From a virus, in IMG/VR virus record IMGVR_UViG_3300011271_000005, positions 1 through 57,460 of that record: DNA of 57,460 nucleotides, one strand, 5' to 3'. Below are positions 42,726 to 50,416 of this stretch, piece after piece; within the stretch, counting starts at the first letter, position 1, and every line of letters begins with the position of its first letter. The position numbers and the translations under genes were made by a program. The notes below the pieces were generated by a model. It saw only the letters and a program-made list of their open reading frames with translations. It had not been told where the DNA came from and did no database searches.

Positions 42726-42754
42726 TTGACAAAATAGAGCAAAGCTAATATAGT
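42726..42754 (+). promoter_or_regulatory. Sigma70-type promoter
   Basis: TTGACA, a 17-nt spacer, then TATAGT. Confidence 0.6.
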
Positions 42755-42786
42755 TTAATTATTAACAACCATTGGAGAATGGAATT

Positions 42787-43584
42787 ATGGCTAAAACTAC
42801 TGGAATTGCTCAATTTAGTCAAGGTAAAAGCGAGGTGTTTAAGATTGATCCTCGTTTGCTGGTTATCGAAATTAATTGGAATACTCGTGACGATAGTGCT
42901 GAATTGCTGGAGCATATTGATCAGCTAGCTCAATCGATTGCTGAAATTGGTGTACGTAAACCTATTGAAATTAAGCTTATTGATGGTAAACTGATTGTTC
43001 GAGATGGTCATTGTCGTACTCGTGCTGTGATGCGAGCCATTGAACATTATAAGGCTAATATCAAAACTGTTCCTGTTATTAGTGTTGATCGCTATGCTAA
43101 TGACGCTGATTTAATTCTTAATCAGGTTATCAGCAATTCTGGTAAGCCTTTGACAATCATGGAAGAAGCTCGTGTTTATAAGAAGTTGCTTGACATGGGT
43201 TGGCAACAAGGTGATATTGCTAAAAAGGTTGGCAAATCCAATGGTCGAATTAGCCAAATTCTCTCCTTGCTTGAAATGCCCGCTTCTGTACAGGCTCAGG
43301 TGAGCGCTGGTGCGGTTTCCGCTTCGCTGGCACAATCGGTAGTCAAAGCTGCTGAAACGCCTGCACAGGCTTCTCAGGCTCTTACAGAGGCGGTCGCGGT
43401 TGCTAAGAAGGAAGGACGAAAAGTAAAACCATCGGATGTTGGTAATAAGAATGGAATGACTGTAATTAAAGATGCGTTTGAGAATAGTGAGATTGATAAT
43501 AGCGAGGAAGATAAAGAGGGTATTGTTTTTATCACAATGCCGTTAGAGGATTTTCAGAAGATAAGAGAATTGTTGAAGCTTTAA
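42787..43584 (+). CDS. ParB-like (ParB/Srx N-terminal domain plus HTH) protein
   Basis: RKPIEIKLIDGKLIVRDGHCRTRA is a ParB-type box. QGDIAKKVGKSNGRISQILSLLEMP is an HTH. ATG 42787 follows ggaga. Confidence 0.7.
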   Translation: MAKTTGIAQFSQGKSEVFKIDPRLLVIEINWNTRDDSAELLEHIDQLAQSIAEIGVRKPIEIKLIDGKLIVRDGHCRTRAVMRAIEHYKANIKTVPVISVDRYANDADLILNQVISNSGKPLTIMEEARVYKKLLDMGWQQGDIAKKVGKSNGRISQILSLLEMPASVQAQVSAGAVSASLAQSVVKAAETPAQASQALTEAVAVAKKEGRKVKPSDVGNKNGMTVIKDAFENSEIDNSEEDKEGIVFITMPLEDFQKIRELLKL

Positions 43585-43681
43585 TCTGCTAGTGGTGTCG
43601 CAGCGCGGTAACGCCTCTGATAACAATCATGCGCTCATATAGATGGAGCATAGGAATCATCTTAGGAAACAGAGGGACCAG

Positions 43682-43897
43682 ATGGATAAAGTAACGTTTA
43701 ATTATTTAACTGATGAAGAGCCTATGAAGTTTGATGCTCATTCAGTTATCACTAAAGATACAATCTACACCTACATTGGTATGGATTTTGGCTATAATGA
43801 TAAAACTAGTTATTGGATTTATGATCCTAGAACAGATGAGCATCACGAAATCACTAAAGAAGAATATGATAGAGTGATGAAATGTCAAAGGAAATGA
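43682..43897 (+). CDS. Hypothetical protein (71 aa; alternative start 43643)
   Basis: ATG 43682 follows gaggga. It is in the frame of track ORF 43643..43897. Confidence 0.45.
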   Translation: MDKVTFNYLTDEEPMKFDAHSVITKDTIYTYIGMDFGYNDKTSYWIYDPRTDEHHEITKEEYDRVMKCQRK

Positions 43898-43901
43898 ACA
43901 G

Positions 43902-44075
43902 ATGAGTGATTGGGAAGCAATTAAAAAGCAATTAGAGTCAATCGCTATTAGTCTTAAACGAATTGCTGATAGTTTAGAAAATAAAGAACTTCCTGAAATG
44001 ACTATGAAAGAATGTATTAAATGGATGGAAGAAAATAGTGGTATTACTGATGCTATGAGAGGTATCAAGGAATGA
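43902..44075 (+). CDS. Hypothetical protein (57 aa)
   Basis: Co-oriented and coupled (ATGA) with the next gene. It is preferred over the antisense track ORF 43742..44098. Confidence 0.4.
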   Translation: MSDWEAIKKQLESIAISLKRIADSLENKELPEMTMKECIKWMEENSGITDAMRGIKE

Positions 44076-44314
44076 TTATAGCTGTAATATTGTTGCAATT
44101 AATTCAATATGGTGGTTCTCCGATGTGGGATCGCGGACCTAATCCAGAATATCGCAGGGAACGCCAATTTCCGGTTTATCCACCTCCTAGGCGATATGGA
44201 CCACAATTTGTACCATGTATAGGTGCTGGCGATTGTCAAGGACCAAACAGAGGCTATCAAGGTCGTCCAAGATTTGAGCCACCTCCGCGATATGACGATG
44301 AATGGGAAGAATGA
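44072..44314 (+). CDS. Pro/Arg-rich small protein (80 aa)
   Basis: Track ORF containing PPPRRYGPQF...PPPRYDDEWEE. Confidence 0.45.
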   Translation: MIIAVILLQLIQYGGSPMWDRGPNPEYRRERQFPVYPPPRRYGPQFVPCIGAGDCQGPNRGYQGRPRFEPPPRYDDEWEE

Positions 44315-44694
44315 TAACTCCTGAACAAATAGCAGGTGAAACCGAAACTTCACAACAACGTGCGGTTATGGTATGGGCAGCACTTCAACAAAATAAATAT
44401 TTAAAATGGTTACATGCTATTCCTAATGCTAATAGTCATAAACAAGTGGCTGAAGGTGTTCGTGCTGGTATAGCTGATTTATTTTTACCTGTACCAATAC
44501 AAACTCAATGGGCTAAAATGTATGCTGGTCTTTACATTGAATTAAAAACTGAAAAACGACGTAAAGAAAAAAATGGTGGATTGAGTGAAGATCAGATAGA
44601 ATTTGGTAAATATGCTATTGACATCGGTTATCAATGGTATGTATGTTATGGATGGGAAGAAGCTAAAGATAGAATATTGGAATACTTAGCATGA
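44302..44694 (+). CDS. VRR-NUC domain nuclease
   Basis: GIADLFLPVP...GLYIELKTEK...LSEDQIEFGKYAIDIGYQWYVCYGWEEA fits the PD-(D/E)XK VRR-NUC pattern. Confidence 0.7.
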   Translation: MGRMITPEQIAGETETSQQRAVMVWAALQQNKYLKWLHAIPNANSHKQVAEGVRAGIADLFLPVPIQTQWAKMYAGLYIELKTEKRRKEKNGGLSEDQIEFGKYAIDIGYQWYVCYGWEEAKDRILEYLA

Positions 44695-44864
44695 AATTAG
44701 ATTTGATTGATATAGCTGTTCAAATTAAAGGTGAAACTAAATATGCTTATCGTATTTATGATGGCAAAAAGACTGATTGGGTTCCTAAGTCACAAGTAGA
44801 GAATAATGATGATGGAACCTTTACTATGCCTCTTTGGCTTGCTCAAGATAAAGGTTTTATTTGA
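44691..44864 (+). CDS. Hypothetical protein (57 aa)
   Basis: ATGA overlap with the upstream gene. It is below the track cutoff. Confidence 0.4.
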   Translation: MKLDLIDIAVQIKGETKYAYRIYDGKKTDWVPKSQVENNDDGTFTMPLWLAQDKGFI

Positions 44865-44865
44865 A

Positions 44866-45036
44866 ATGACACTAGAACATCGTTTAGTTCGCTGCAAGGT
44901 CTATCGTGAGGAAGCTTTGAAACAGCCACGAGTTAATAAGCTTTATATTGAAGATTTGGATCTTTCTATTGCTATGTTTGAACAGGCTTGTGTTAATCCA
45001 TCAATACAACATGGATGGGTTGACAGTGATGAGTAA
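44866..45036 (+). CDS. Hypothetical protein (56 aa)
   Basis: This uses the internal ATG (MTLEHRL) of track ORF 44806..45036, 1 nt after the upstream stop. Confidence 0.4.
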   Translation: MTLEHRLVRCKVYREEALKQPRVNKLYIEDLDLSIAMFEQACVNPSIQHGWVDSDE

Positions 45037-45157
45037 TTATATTTACTATTGTCCTTATTATGGACTTGAACATTTGATGCTTTTGAAGCAAGGATGGAGA
45101 GAGCATCATTGTTTATTTATTGATGGTGAAGTGTGGATAAAGGTGTGTAGGGAGTAG
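45029..45157 (+). CDS. Hypothetical protein (42 aa)
   Basis: This uses the internal ATG (MSNYIYYC) of track ORF 44948..45157 and overlaps the upstream stop. Confidence 0.3.
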   Translation: MSNYIYYCPYYGLEHLMLLKQGWREHHCLFIDGEVWIKVCRE

Positions 45158-45197
45158 AAAATGCCATTATTAGACTATCTTGTAAAGGAATAAGAAA

Positions 45198-45323
45198 ATG
45201 CTAAAGTGTTCTAATTGTGGTTGTGATTTAACTGAAGATAACAATAGTTATGCTGATTATCTTTGTGACGACTGTTATGAAGACGAGCAGGATGATATTG
45301 AAGATGAAGAAGATAATGAATGA
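45198..45323 (+). CDS. Zinc-ribbon mini-protein with an acidic tail (41 aa)
   Basis: MLKCSNCGC...LCDDCYEDEQDDIEDEEDNE. SD aagga. Confidence 0.4.
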   Translation: MLKCSNCGCDLTEDNNSYADYLCDDCYEDEQDDIEDEEDNE

Positions 45324-45544
45324 GTTGGTCTAGAGAAGAAATATCAAGATTGTGTAAATATTATTTGATCATGTCTAGTGATCAACTTGTTAAAGAATTT
45401 GCACCAAGACCATTAAAACAAATTCAAAATAAAGCATCTAAACTTAAAATTGCTAGAAAGAAAATGGGATATAATTGGCGTAAAATATGTAATGAACATA
45501 AACCTACAATTATTTTGACACAAGTTGTCCCAAGGGAGAAATAA
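45320..45544 (+). CDS. Myb/SANT-like DNA-binding protein candidate (74 aa)
   Basis: MSWSREEISRLCKYY...IQNKASKLKI resembles the W..eE...L pattern. Confidence 0.4.
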   Translation: MSWSREEISRLCKYYLIMSSDQLVKEFAPRPLKQIQNKASKLKIARKKMGYNWRKICNEHKPTIILTQVVPREK

Positions 45545-45717
45545 TGTATTTCGTTTGGCTAAAAGGTCTTCATGGCTCAGAGTCTCAATTGTGGGCAGAT
45601 GATTTTATTGATAATCAATTAATTAAAAAAGCTGTGTTCAAGAAAAAGTTATCAGAAGCGGAACAAACATTATCGTTGGATGATTTAGCTATGAAATATG
45701 AGAAGGATAAATCATGA
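45544..45717 (+). CDS. Hypothetical protein (57 aa)
   Basis: The start overlaps the upstream stop (TAATG). It has an ATGA overlap downstream. Confidence 0.4.
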   Translation: MYFVWLKGLHGSESQLWADDFIDNQLIKKAVFKKKLSEAEQTLSLDDLAMKYEKDKS

Positions 45718-45911
45718 CTGATTTAATTAAAGAACTCGCTGCTGATGCATTTGAAAAGCAAGAACGTGTTCGCATGTTGGAAATGATGAGTACGCCGATT
45801 GACTATGAAGCTAGGAAAGCAGCATTCGTTCAATTAGCTGAAGCTTGTGCATCTGCTGAAGCAGCAAAAAAGAAATTAGATAATTATGCAACATCAAATA
45901 AGTCAATATAA
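45714..45911 (+). CDS. Hypothetical protein (65 aa)
   Basis: Track ORF. Confidence 0.5.
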   Translation: MTDLIKELAADAFEKQERVRMLEMMSTPIDYEARKAAFVQLAEACASAEAAKKKLDNYATSNKSI

Positions 45912-46089
45912 AGACGGTTATCAAACTATTCGCTTTTGTTGTATATGCAGCAAAGAAGGTATCGATCTAGCCTCGCCTTGCATACCTTACGCAACAAAAT
46001 GTCTTATTTGTGGGCATACTGTTTTCTCGAATGAGCCTTGTAAGAATTGTCAATCGATTAGTAAAAAGTTTAAATTTGCTAAATCATAA
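45886..46089 (+). CDS. Cys-rich zinc-finger-like protein (67 aa)
   Basis: Track ORF containing CCICS...C...CLICGH...CKNC. Confidence 0.45.
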   Translation: MQHQISQYKDGYQTIRFCCICSKEGIDLASPCIPYATKCLICGHTVFSNEPCKNCQSISKKFKFAKS

Positions 46090-46090
46090 C

Positions 46091-46119
46091 TTGACAGACA
46101 AAACTCTAGAATTTAAATA
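46091..46119 (+). promoter_or_regulatory. Sigma70-type promoter
   Basis: TTGACA, a 17-nt spacer, then TAAATA. Confidence 0.5.
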
Positions 46120-46159
46120 GATTTCATTGGATTTAACCAATTTAAAAAGGAACTTAAAC

Positions 46160-46825
46160 ATGAATTTGGAAGTTTTGCGAGCCGTAGCAAATGCGACTGC
46201 GGCTAATTCTGTTATGTATGTAACTGCGGCTGAAGGCAAGCCTCTTGCTGAAGCTGGTTTGATTTCTGTTGATTTTAATCATCGCGATCCAAATGATCCT
46301 AATAAGGTTGCAGCACATGTAACTGATAAGGGTGTATATGCTCTTACAGGCTCTAATGGTGTTCATAAGTCTGCTATTGTTATTCCACCTCATAGTTCTA
46401 CCTTTACTATTCAGAAGGGCGGAATTGAATTGCCGAAGGTTGAACGTGGCTTTAAAAAGGGCTTTGGTGGAGGCGGTCGTGCTGCCAAGTATGATTTTGA
46501 AGCTATGGAAGTTGGTGATTTCTTTTTCGTTGCCAATTCAGAAGTTAAGAATGGTGACGCTGCAAAGACCTTGGGAAGTGCTGCTGGTTCTGCTAATCAG
46601 CGCTTTGCTGTAGGTACTGGTGAAAAGGAAACTGTGCAGCGTGCAAAGCGTGGTACTGATCATAAAGCTATTAAAGGTCATGATGGCAAGAACGTGATGG
46701 AAACTGTTGAAGTGGAAAAGAAGAATTTCACTAAGAAGTTTGTTGTGCGTCCTGTTAAGGCAAATGTTGAGTATGGCGCATTCACTGCTCCTGCTGATGG
46801 TGCAGTGGTTCATCGTTCGGTTTGA
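46160..46825 (+). CDS. Hypothetical protein (221 aa) forming its own promoter-to-terminator unit
   Basis: ATG 46160 follows aagga. The track TTG start at 46127 would coincide with the predicted transcription start. A strong terminator follows. Confidence 0.6.
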   Translation: MNLEVLRAVANATAANSVMYVTAAEGKPLAEAGLISVDFNHRDPNDPNKVAAHVTDKGVYALTGSNGVHKSAIVIPPHSSTFTIQKGGIELPKVERGFKKGFGGGGRAAKYDFEAMEVGDFFFVANSEVKNGDAAKTLGSAAGSANQRFAVGTGEKETVQRAKRGTDHKAIKGHDGKNVMETVEVEKKNFTKKFVVRPVKANVEYGAFTAPADGAVVHRSV

Positions 46826-46833
46826 TAAGATAG

Positions 46834-46858
46834 GGCGGGAAGAAATTCCCGCCTTTTT
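46834..46858 (+). terminator. Rho-independent terminator
   Basis: ggcgggaa-gaaa-ttcccgcc (8-bp stem, GNRA-type loop) followed by TTTTT. Confidence 0.85.
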
Positions 46859-46872
46859 AATTAGGAATTGAA

Positions 46873-47061
46873 ATGCCCACATATGATATAAATGGTAATG
46901 AAATTGAACCTCTCACTGCTGAAGAATTTGCTGCTATTCTATGGCCGGGAATGTTTAAACCGGGTTGGCGTGATAGAGAAGTTTGGTTTCAAGAACATTG
47001 TTATTGTTTAAATAAGGCTGAAGAATTATTAAAGATTGTTGAAGTTAGGTATAAAAAGTGA
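46873..47061 (+). CDS. Hypothetical protein (62 aa)
   Basis: Track ORF with SD aggaa. Confidence 0.5.
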   Translation: MPTYDINGNEIEPLTAEEFAAILWPGMFKPGWRDREVWFQEHCYCLNKAEELLKIVEVRYKK

Positions 47062-47237
47062 ATGAACCTTGGCGAGATCAAAATAAATATATCATAGGGG
47101 CTAATGTAAAATGTTTGGGATGTGGAGTATCTTGTCATAAAACGTGTTGGGGTAAATGGTGTTATGAATGTAATGTAAAAAGAATTGAAAGAATTAATAA
47201 ATCATTTAAAAATTTGATTGAAAATAATCATGAGTAA
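47058..47237 (+). CDS. Zinc-ribbon mini-protein (58 aa, GTG start)
   Basis: ...KCLGCGVSCHKTCWGKWCYECN... GTGA overlap with the upstream stop. Confidence 0.35.
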   Translation: MNEPWRDQNKYIIGANVKCLGCGVSCHKTCWGKWCYECNVKRIERINKSFKNLIENNHE

Positions 47238-47469
47238 ATATAAGAATGGGGTCGAAAACCTTCCTTTACGTCAAATAAACACTCATTGTCCTATCATTGT
47301 TATTGTGACTGATTTAACTACTGATGAAATAGTGCAGACTATTGAACTTGATTATGCTAAGGTTGATGATAGAAAACATTTGGGACGTTTAAGTTTTTGG
47401 TGCATATCGAATAGTCATAGCGTAGAAACTATGAGTAAAGCTGATGCTGAAAAGGAAAATATTTCGTGA
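47230..47469 (+). CDS. Hypothetical protein (79 aa)
   Basis: This uses the internal ATG (MSKYKNG) of track ORF 47218..47469. Confidence 0.5.
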   Translation: MSKYKNGVENLPLRQINTHCPIIVIVTDLTTDEIVQTIELDYAKVDDRKHLGRLSFWCISNSHSVETMSKADAEKENIS

Positions 47470-47535
47470 GTTGTTTCGCATGGTTTCTTTTATTCTTAAA
47501 TATAGCAATTTATATAATTATTTGGGTATATAAAA

Positions 47536-47760
47536 ATGAAAAATAGTCAATATATTAATCAAATGAATGTGAATATTAGTGAAATGGTGAGATTAACATT
47601 TAATGAGCAAATGCCACAAAATAATAATGAAATTCAACATATTATTACTTTATCTATGCATTTTGAATTTTTAAAAGAAATGCATAGGACTATTGGTGAT
47701 ACATTAAATAGTCATATGGAAATGATTGCTAATATGAGTAAGAACAGAGAAATGAATTAA
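47536..47760 (+). CDS. Hypothetical protein (74 aa)
   Basis: Track ORF. Confidence 0.5.
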   Translation: MKNSQYINQMNVNISEMVRLTFNEQMPQNNNEIQHIITLSMHFEFLKEMHRTIGDTLNSHMEMIANMSKNREMN

Positions 47761-47768
47761 GTCTATCG

Positions 47769-47852
47769 GCTCTCATGGTGGAACGGGTAGACACTAGAGA
47801 CTTAAAATCTCTTGCTTATAGCGTACAGGTTCGAATCCTGTTGAGAGCACCA
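47769..47852 (+). tRNA. tRNA-Leu (anticodon UAA), type II with long variable arm, CCA encoded
   Basis: Hand-folded. The acceptor stem is gctctca/tgagagc. The D stem is 3 bp with a GG loop. The anticodon arm is agaga-ctTAAaa-tctct. The variable arm is tgcttatagcgt. The T arm is acagg-ttcgaat-cctgt, followed by A-CCA. Confidence 0.85.
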
Positions 47853-47872
47853 TAAATAGCAGTTGACATTGA

Positions 47873-47901
47873 TATGACTACCGTCTATAAACAGTCTTGT
47901 C
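47873..47901 (+). promoter_or_regulatory. Sigma70-type promoter (CGTC-TATA subclass)
   Basis: TTGACA, a 17-nt spacer ending in ccgtc, then TATAAA. Confidence 0.6.
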
Positions 47902-47941
47902 ATCAAATGATGGCAGGCTGTTTGATATTGGAGAATGTAAC

Positions 47942-48103
47942 ATGAGCAATGAAATGTATAAGGCATTTGATGAAGCTATGCAGTCTTTGGAACGTCTTGA
48001 GGCTCTTACCAGACGTGAGCACGGTAATGCTCATAAACGAGTACATGACGTATATGTGAACCTTGATATTGTTCAAGACAAGTTGCTTGGAAATATAGCT
48101 TGA
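47942..48103 (+). CDS. Hypothetical protein (53 aa)
   Basis: ATG 47942 follows ggaga. The track TTG start at 47897 lies inside the -10 box. Confidence 0.45.
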   Translation: MSNEMYKAFDEAMQSLERLEALTRREHGNAHKRVHDVYVNLDIVQDKLLGNIA

Positions 48104-48194
48104 CGATCACTGATTGATCGTATAGGCTTTCTTTATCGACTGGAGCAAATGCCCAATTATCTCCAACGATATTATTTCAGCACCTAAATTATTT

Positions 48195-48226
48195 GGCCTA
48201 GCTTCTTGAATGGAGCTAGGCCTTTT
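48195..48226 (+). terminator. Rho-independent terminator ending the early operon
   Basis: ggcctagct / agctaggcc (9-bp stem, 10-nt loop) followed by TTTT. Confidence 0.7.
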
Positions 48227-48234
48227 GCTATGAT
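48206..48234 (+). promoter_or_regulatory. Promoter nested in the terminator, aimed at the TerS-like gene
   Basis: TTGAAT lies in the hairpin loop. The 17-nt spacer includes the 3' arm. TATGAT ends 6 nt before ATG 48241. Confidence 0.45.
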
Positions 48235-48240
48235 CGTAAA

Positions 48241-48864
48241 ATGCAATCGCCCAAACCAACCATATTTGATGCTAGAAATGTCGCGCCTTGGGTTGTCAGC
48301 GAGCCTCAACAGCTATCGTCTTTATGGGGTTCAAATGTTCAATCTCAACCATCACCAAAGCCTGATTTTGCTGACAATGACGAGCTTAAGAAAGCATTTG
48401 GAATTGAATTAGGGCGTGGCTTGGATACCTTCAATGCTGGATTGAAAGTATTTGACGAGGTGATGCCTAAAGCATTGTGGGCAAGTGTAAATTGGGCAAA
48501 AGACCCTATAGTTATTGCTTCTCGTGATGCTTATATAATTACGTTAAAAAAAGCAGCTAAACCGCTTGACAAAGAGGAACTTTTAGCAGAGGTTTTGGAA
48601 CAATCGCGATTCGCACCTGAATTTAAAGATAAAGCTTCACTTTTAAAATTATATTCTGATATTGCTGGTTACACTGGTAAGATTGCGATAGATGCTTCCA
48701 CTAATACAACAAACAATACTCAAAATAACAATCTTACTAAAATAGTTTTAGTTAAAGGTTCACAAGAGCCAGTTTCGAATAACAATAAAGCTCCTGATAT
48801 GAATAATCAATCAAAAATACAAAATAGCTTGCCCAATCTTAAGTTGGTTGGAGGCTTACGGTAG
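48241..48864 (+). CDS. Terminase small subunit candidate
   Basis: 207 aa. The pattern ...WAKDPIVIASRDAYI...LDKEELLAEVLEQSR...KDKASLLKLYSDIAGYTGK is typical of TerS central/oligomerisation regions. It is the first gene after the early terminator. Confidence 0.45.
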   Translation: MQSPKPTIFDARNVAPWVVSEPQQLSSLWGSNVQSQPSPKPDFADNDELKKAFGIELGRGLDTFNAGLKVFDEVMPKALWASVNWAKDPIVIASRDAYIITLKKAAKPLDKEELLAEVLEQSRFAPEFKDKASLLKLYSDIAGYTGKIAIDASTNTTNNTQNNNLTKIVLVKGSQEPVSNNNKAPDMNNQSKIQNSLPNLKLVGGLR

Positions 48865-48894
48865 TATTTTTGATTAACCCATGGAGCAAAAGAT

Positions 48895-50385
48895 ATGCGA
48901 AAGAAACTTGGTATTGCAGTATTAGCAATTATTGCTAGTGCTAGTGTTGCATATGCTGCTGGCGTATGGAACGGACTTCCGATTGTTGGTGATCCCGGTA
49001 ACACGGTTTGTCTTGATTTTGGTAGCACTCCTGCTACTACGCCGGGTAACTGTAACCAGTTTAGTCCTGCTGGTCCTACTGGTTTGACTGGTAACGAGCT
49101 TATTCCTACTGATACTGGCCAGCAGAATCCAGCTACGGTGTATATCCCAGCATCGTTGCTTGGTAGTTCTGTCAATCGTTTGATTGGTGGTGATATGACC
49201 ACTAATCTTAATCAGCGTCCTAGCACTGTTAAAGGTGTTGCTTCGCTAGCAACGTTATCTCCAACTGCTGCTGTGATTACGGCTGATCGTTGGTGGACAA
49301 TTGCTCCTGCTGCTGGTGTTACTGTTACTATCGATAGCACCGCTGCTACTGCTGTTATTCCGGGTTTAAGTAATACTAAAGCGCTTCGTTTAGCTCGTAC
49401 TACCTCTGGCGCTGCTGGTATTATGTGCATTGGTCAAACGCTTGATGCTGCTGCTTCTCAGCCGCTTATTGGTAATAACGCTGTATTTTCGTTCTGGGAA
49501 TCCAACGGCCCGGCTCAATCTGCAACTGCTGGTAACTTCACTGTAAACGTTGATTATACGTCTGCTGCTGATGCTGTTGCTACTCAGGCAACGCTTGGCT
49601 TTGCTGGTGCTAATGGTTCGCTATTTGCACTTGGTGATGTAGGCTTGCTTTCTGCTGGCCCTACTAATATGACTCGTGCTATTGCTGGCTTCTCTGCTGG
49701 TACCACTGGTACGGTAACTGCTGGTGTTGCAATGATTGCTGGCTCTACGACTTGGAAACGATATGGTGTTTATGCACCAATTCCGATTAACATTCCCGGT
49801 ACTACTATGCCAGTTACGAGTGTTAGTGTTTCGATTTGCTTCGCTCCGATTCTTACTACTGCTATTACTACGGATTGGATTGAAGTTAACGGTATGCAGT
49901 TAGAAGCTAAGCCTCCTGCTACCAGCGTTACAAATCCAATTGTTAGTGTTCTTGCTCCTAATGGTGTTACTGCTCCTAGTGCTTTTGAACGTCGCTCTGC
50001 GGCATTTGAACAGACATTATCACAGTACTATTGGTATTATAACTTTGAAAGTCAGGTTGCTGGTGGTATTACTACTGTTGCAAGCTGTACAGATGTCACT
50101 ACTGCTCTTGCTAATTGTTGGTTTCAATTTCCTGTTAACATGCGCATTGCTCCAAATGTAAAGTACACTGCTGGTTTTCAAGCATTTACTACAACTGCCT
50201 ATAGTGCTGTTGGCGCATGTACTGCTTTGGCTGCATCAACATCATATGTGACTGTTCCATCTACTACTGGTGCTTTAGCGGCTTGTACAGCTGCTTTAAC
50301 TCCTGCTGCTGGAACTGCTAATAGTTTAACCGCATTAGGCACCGCGTCCTCCACCGGTATTATTTCAGCCTCGGCGGAACCGTAG
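48895..50385 (+). CDS. Exported Ala/Thr/Gly-rich protein A (496 aa), unknown function
   Basis: SD ggag. Signal peptide MRKKLGIAVLAIIASASVAYA/AG. The mature part has few charged residues and contains LIGGDMTTNLNQRP...ITADRWW. Confidence 0.65.
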   Translation: MRKKLGIAVLAIIASASVAYAAGVWNGLPIVGDPGNTVCLDFGSTPATTPGNCNQFSPAGPTGLTGNELIPTDTGQQNPATVYIPASLLGSSVNRLIGGDMTTNLNQRPSTVKGVASLATLSPTAAVITADRWWTIAPAAGVTVTIDSTAATAVIPGLSNTKALRLARTTSGAAGIMCIGQTLDAAASQPLIGNNAVFSFWESNGPAQSATAGNFTVNVDYTSAADAVATQATLGFAGANGSLFALGDVGLLSAGPTNMTRAIAGFSAGTTGTVTAGVAMIAGSTTWKRYGVYAPIPINIPGTTMPVTSVSVSICFAPILTTAITTDWIEVNGMQLEAKPPATSVTNPIVSVLAPNGVTAPSAFERRSAAFEQTLSQYYWYYNFESQVAGGITTVASCTDVTTALANCWFQFPVNMRIAPNVKYTAGFQAFTTTAYSAVGACTALAASTSYVTVPSTTGALAACTAALTPAAGTANSLTALGTASSTGIISASAEP

Positions 50386-50416
50386 GATTTAATCTGAAAC
50401 AGAAAGGATTAAACCT

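Noticed and set aside
43742-44353. Minus-strand ORFs 43742..44098 (118 aa) and 44099..44353 (84 aa).
   Set aside because: They are antisense to three tightly coupled + strand genes (ATGA overlaps). Their translations are Ile/Ser/Phe-rich, as expected for the reverse frame.
48206-48412. Track ORF 48206..48412 (68 aa), which overlaps the TerS-like gene.
   Set aside because: It starts inside the terminator hairpin and overlaps the longer 207-aa frame, which has TerS-like sequence features.
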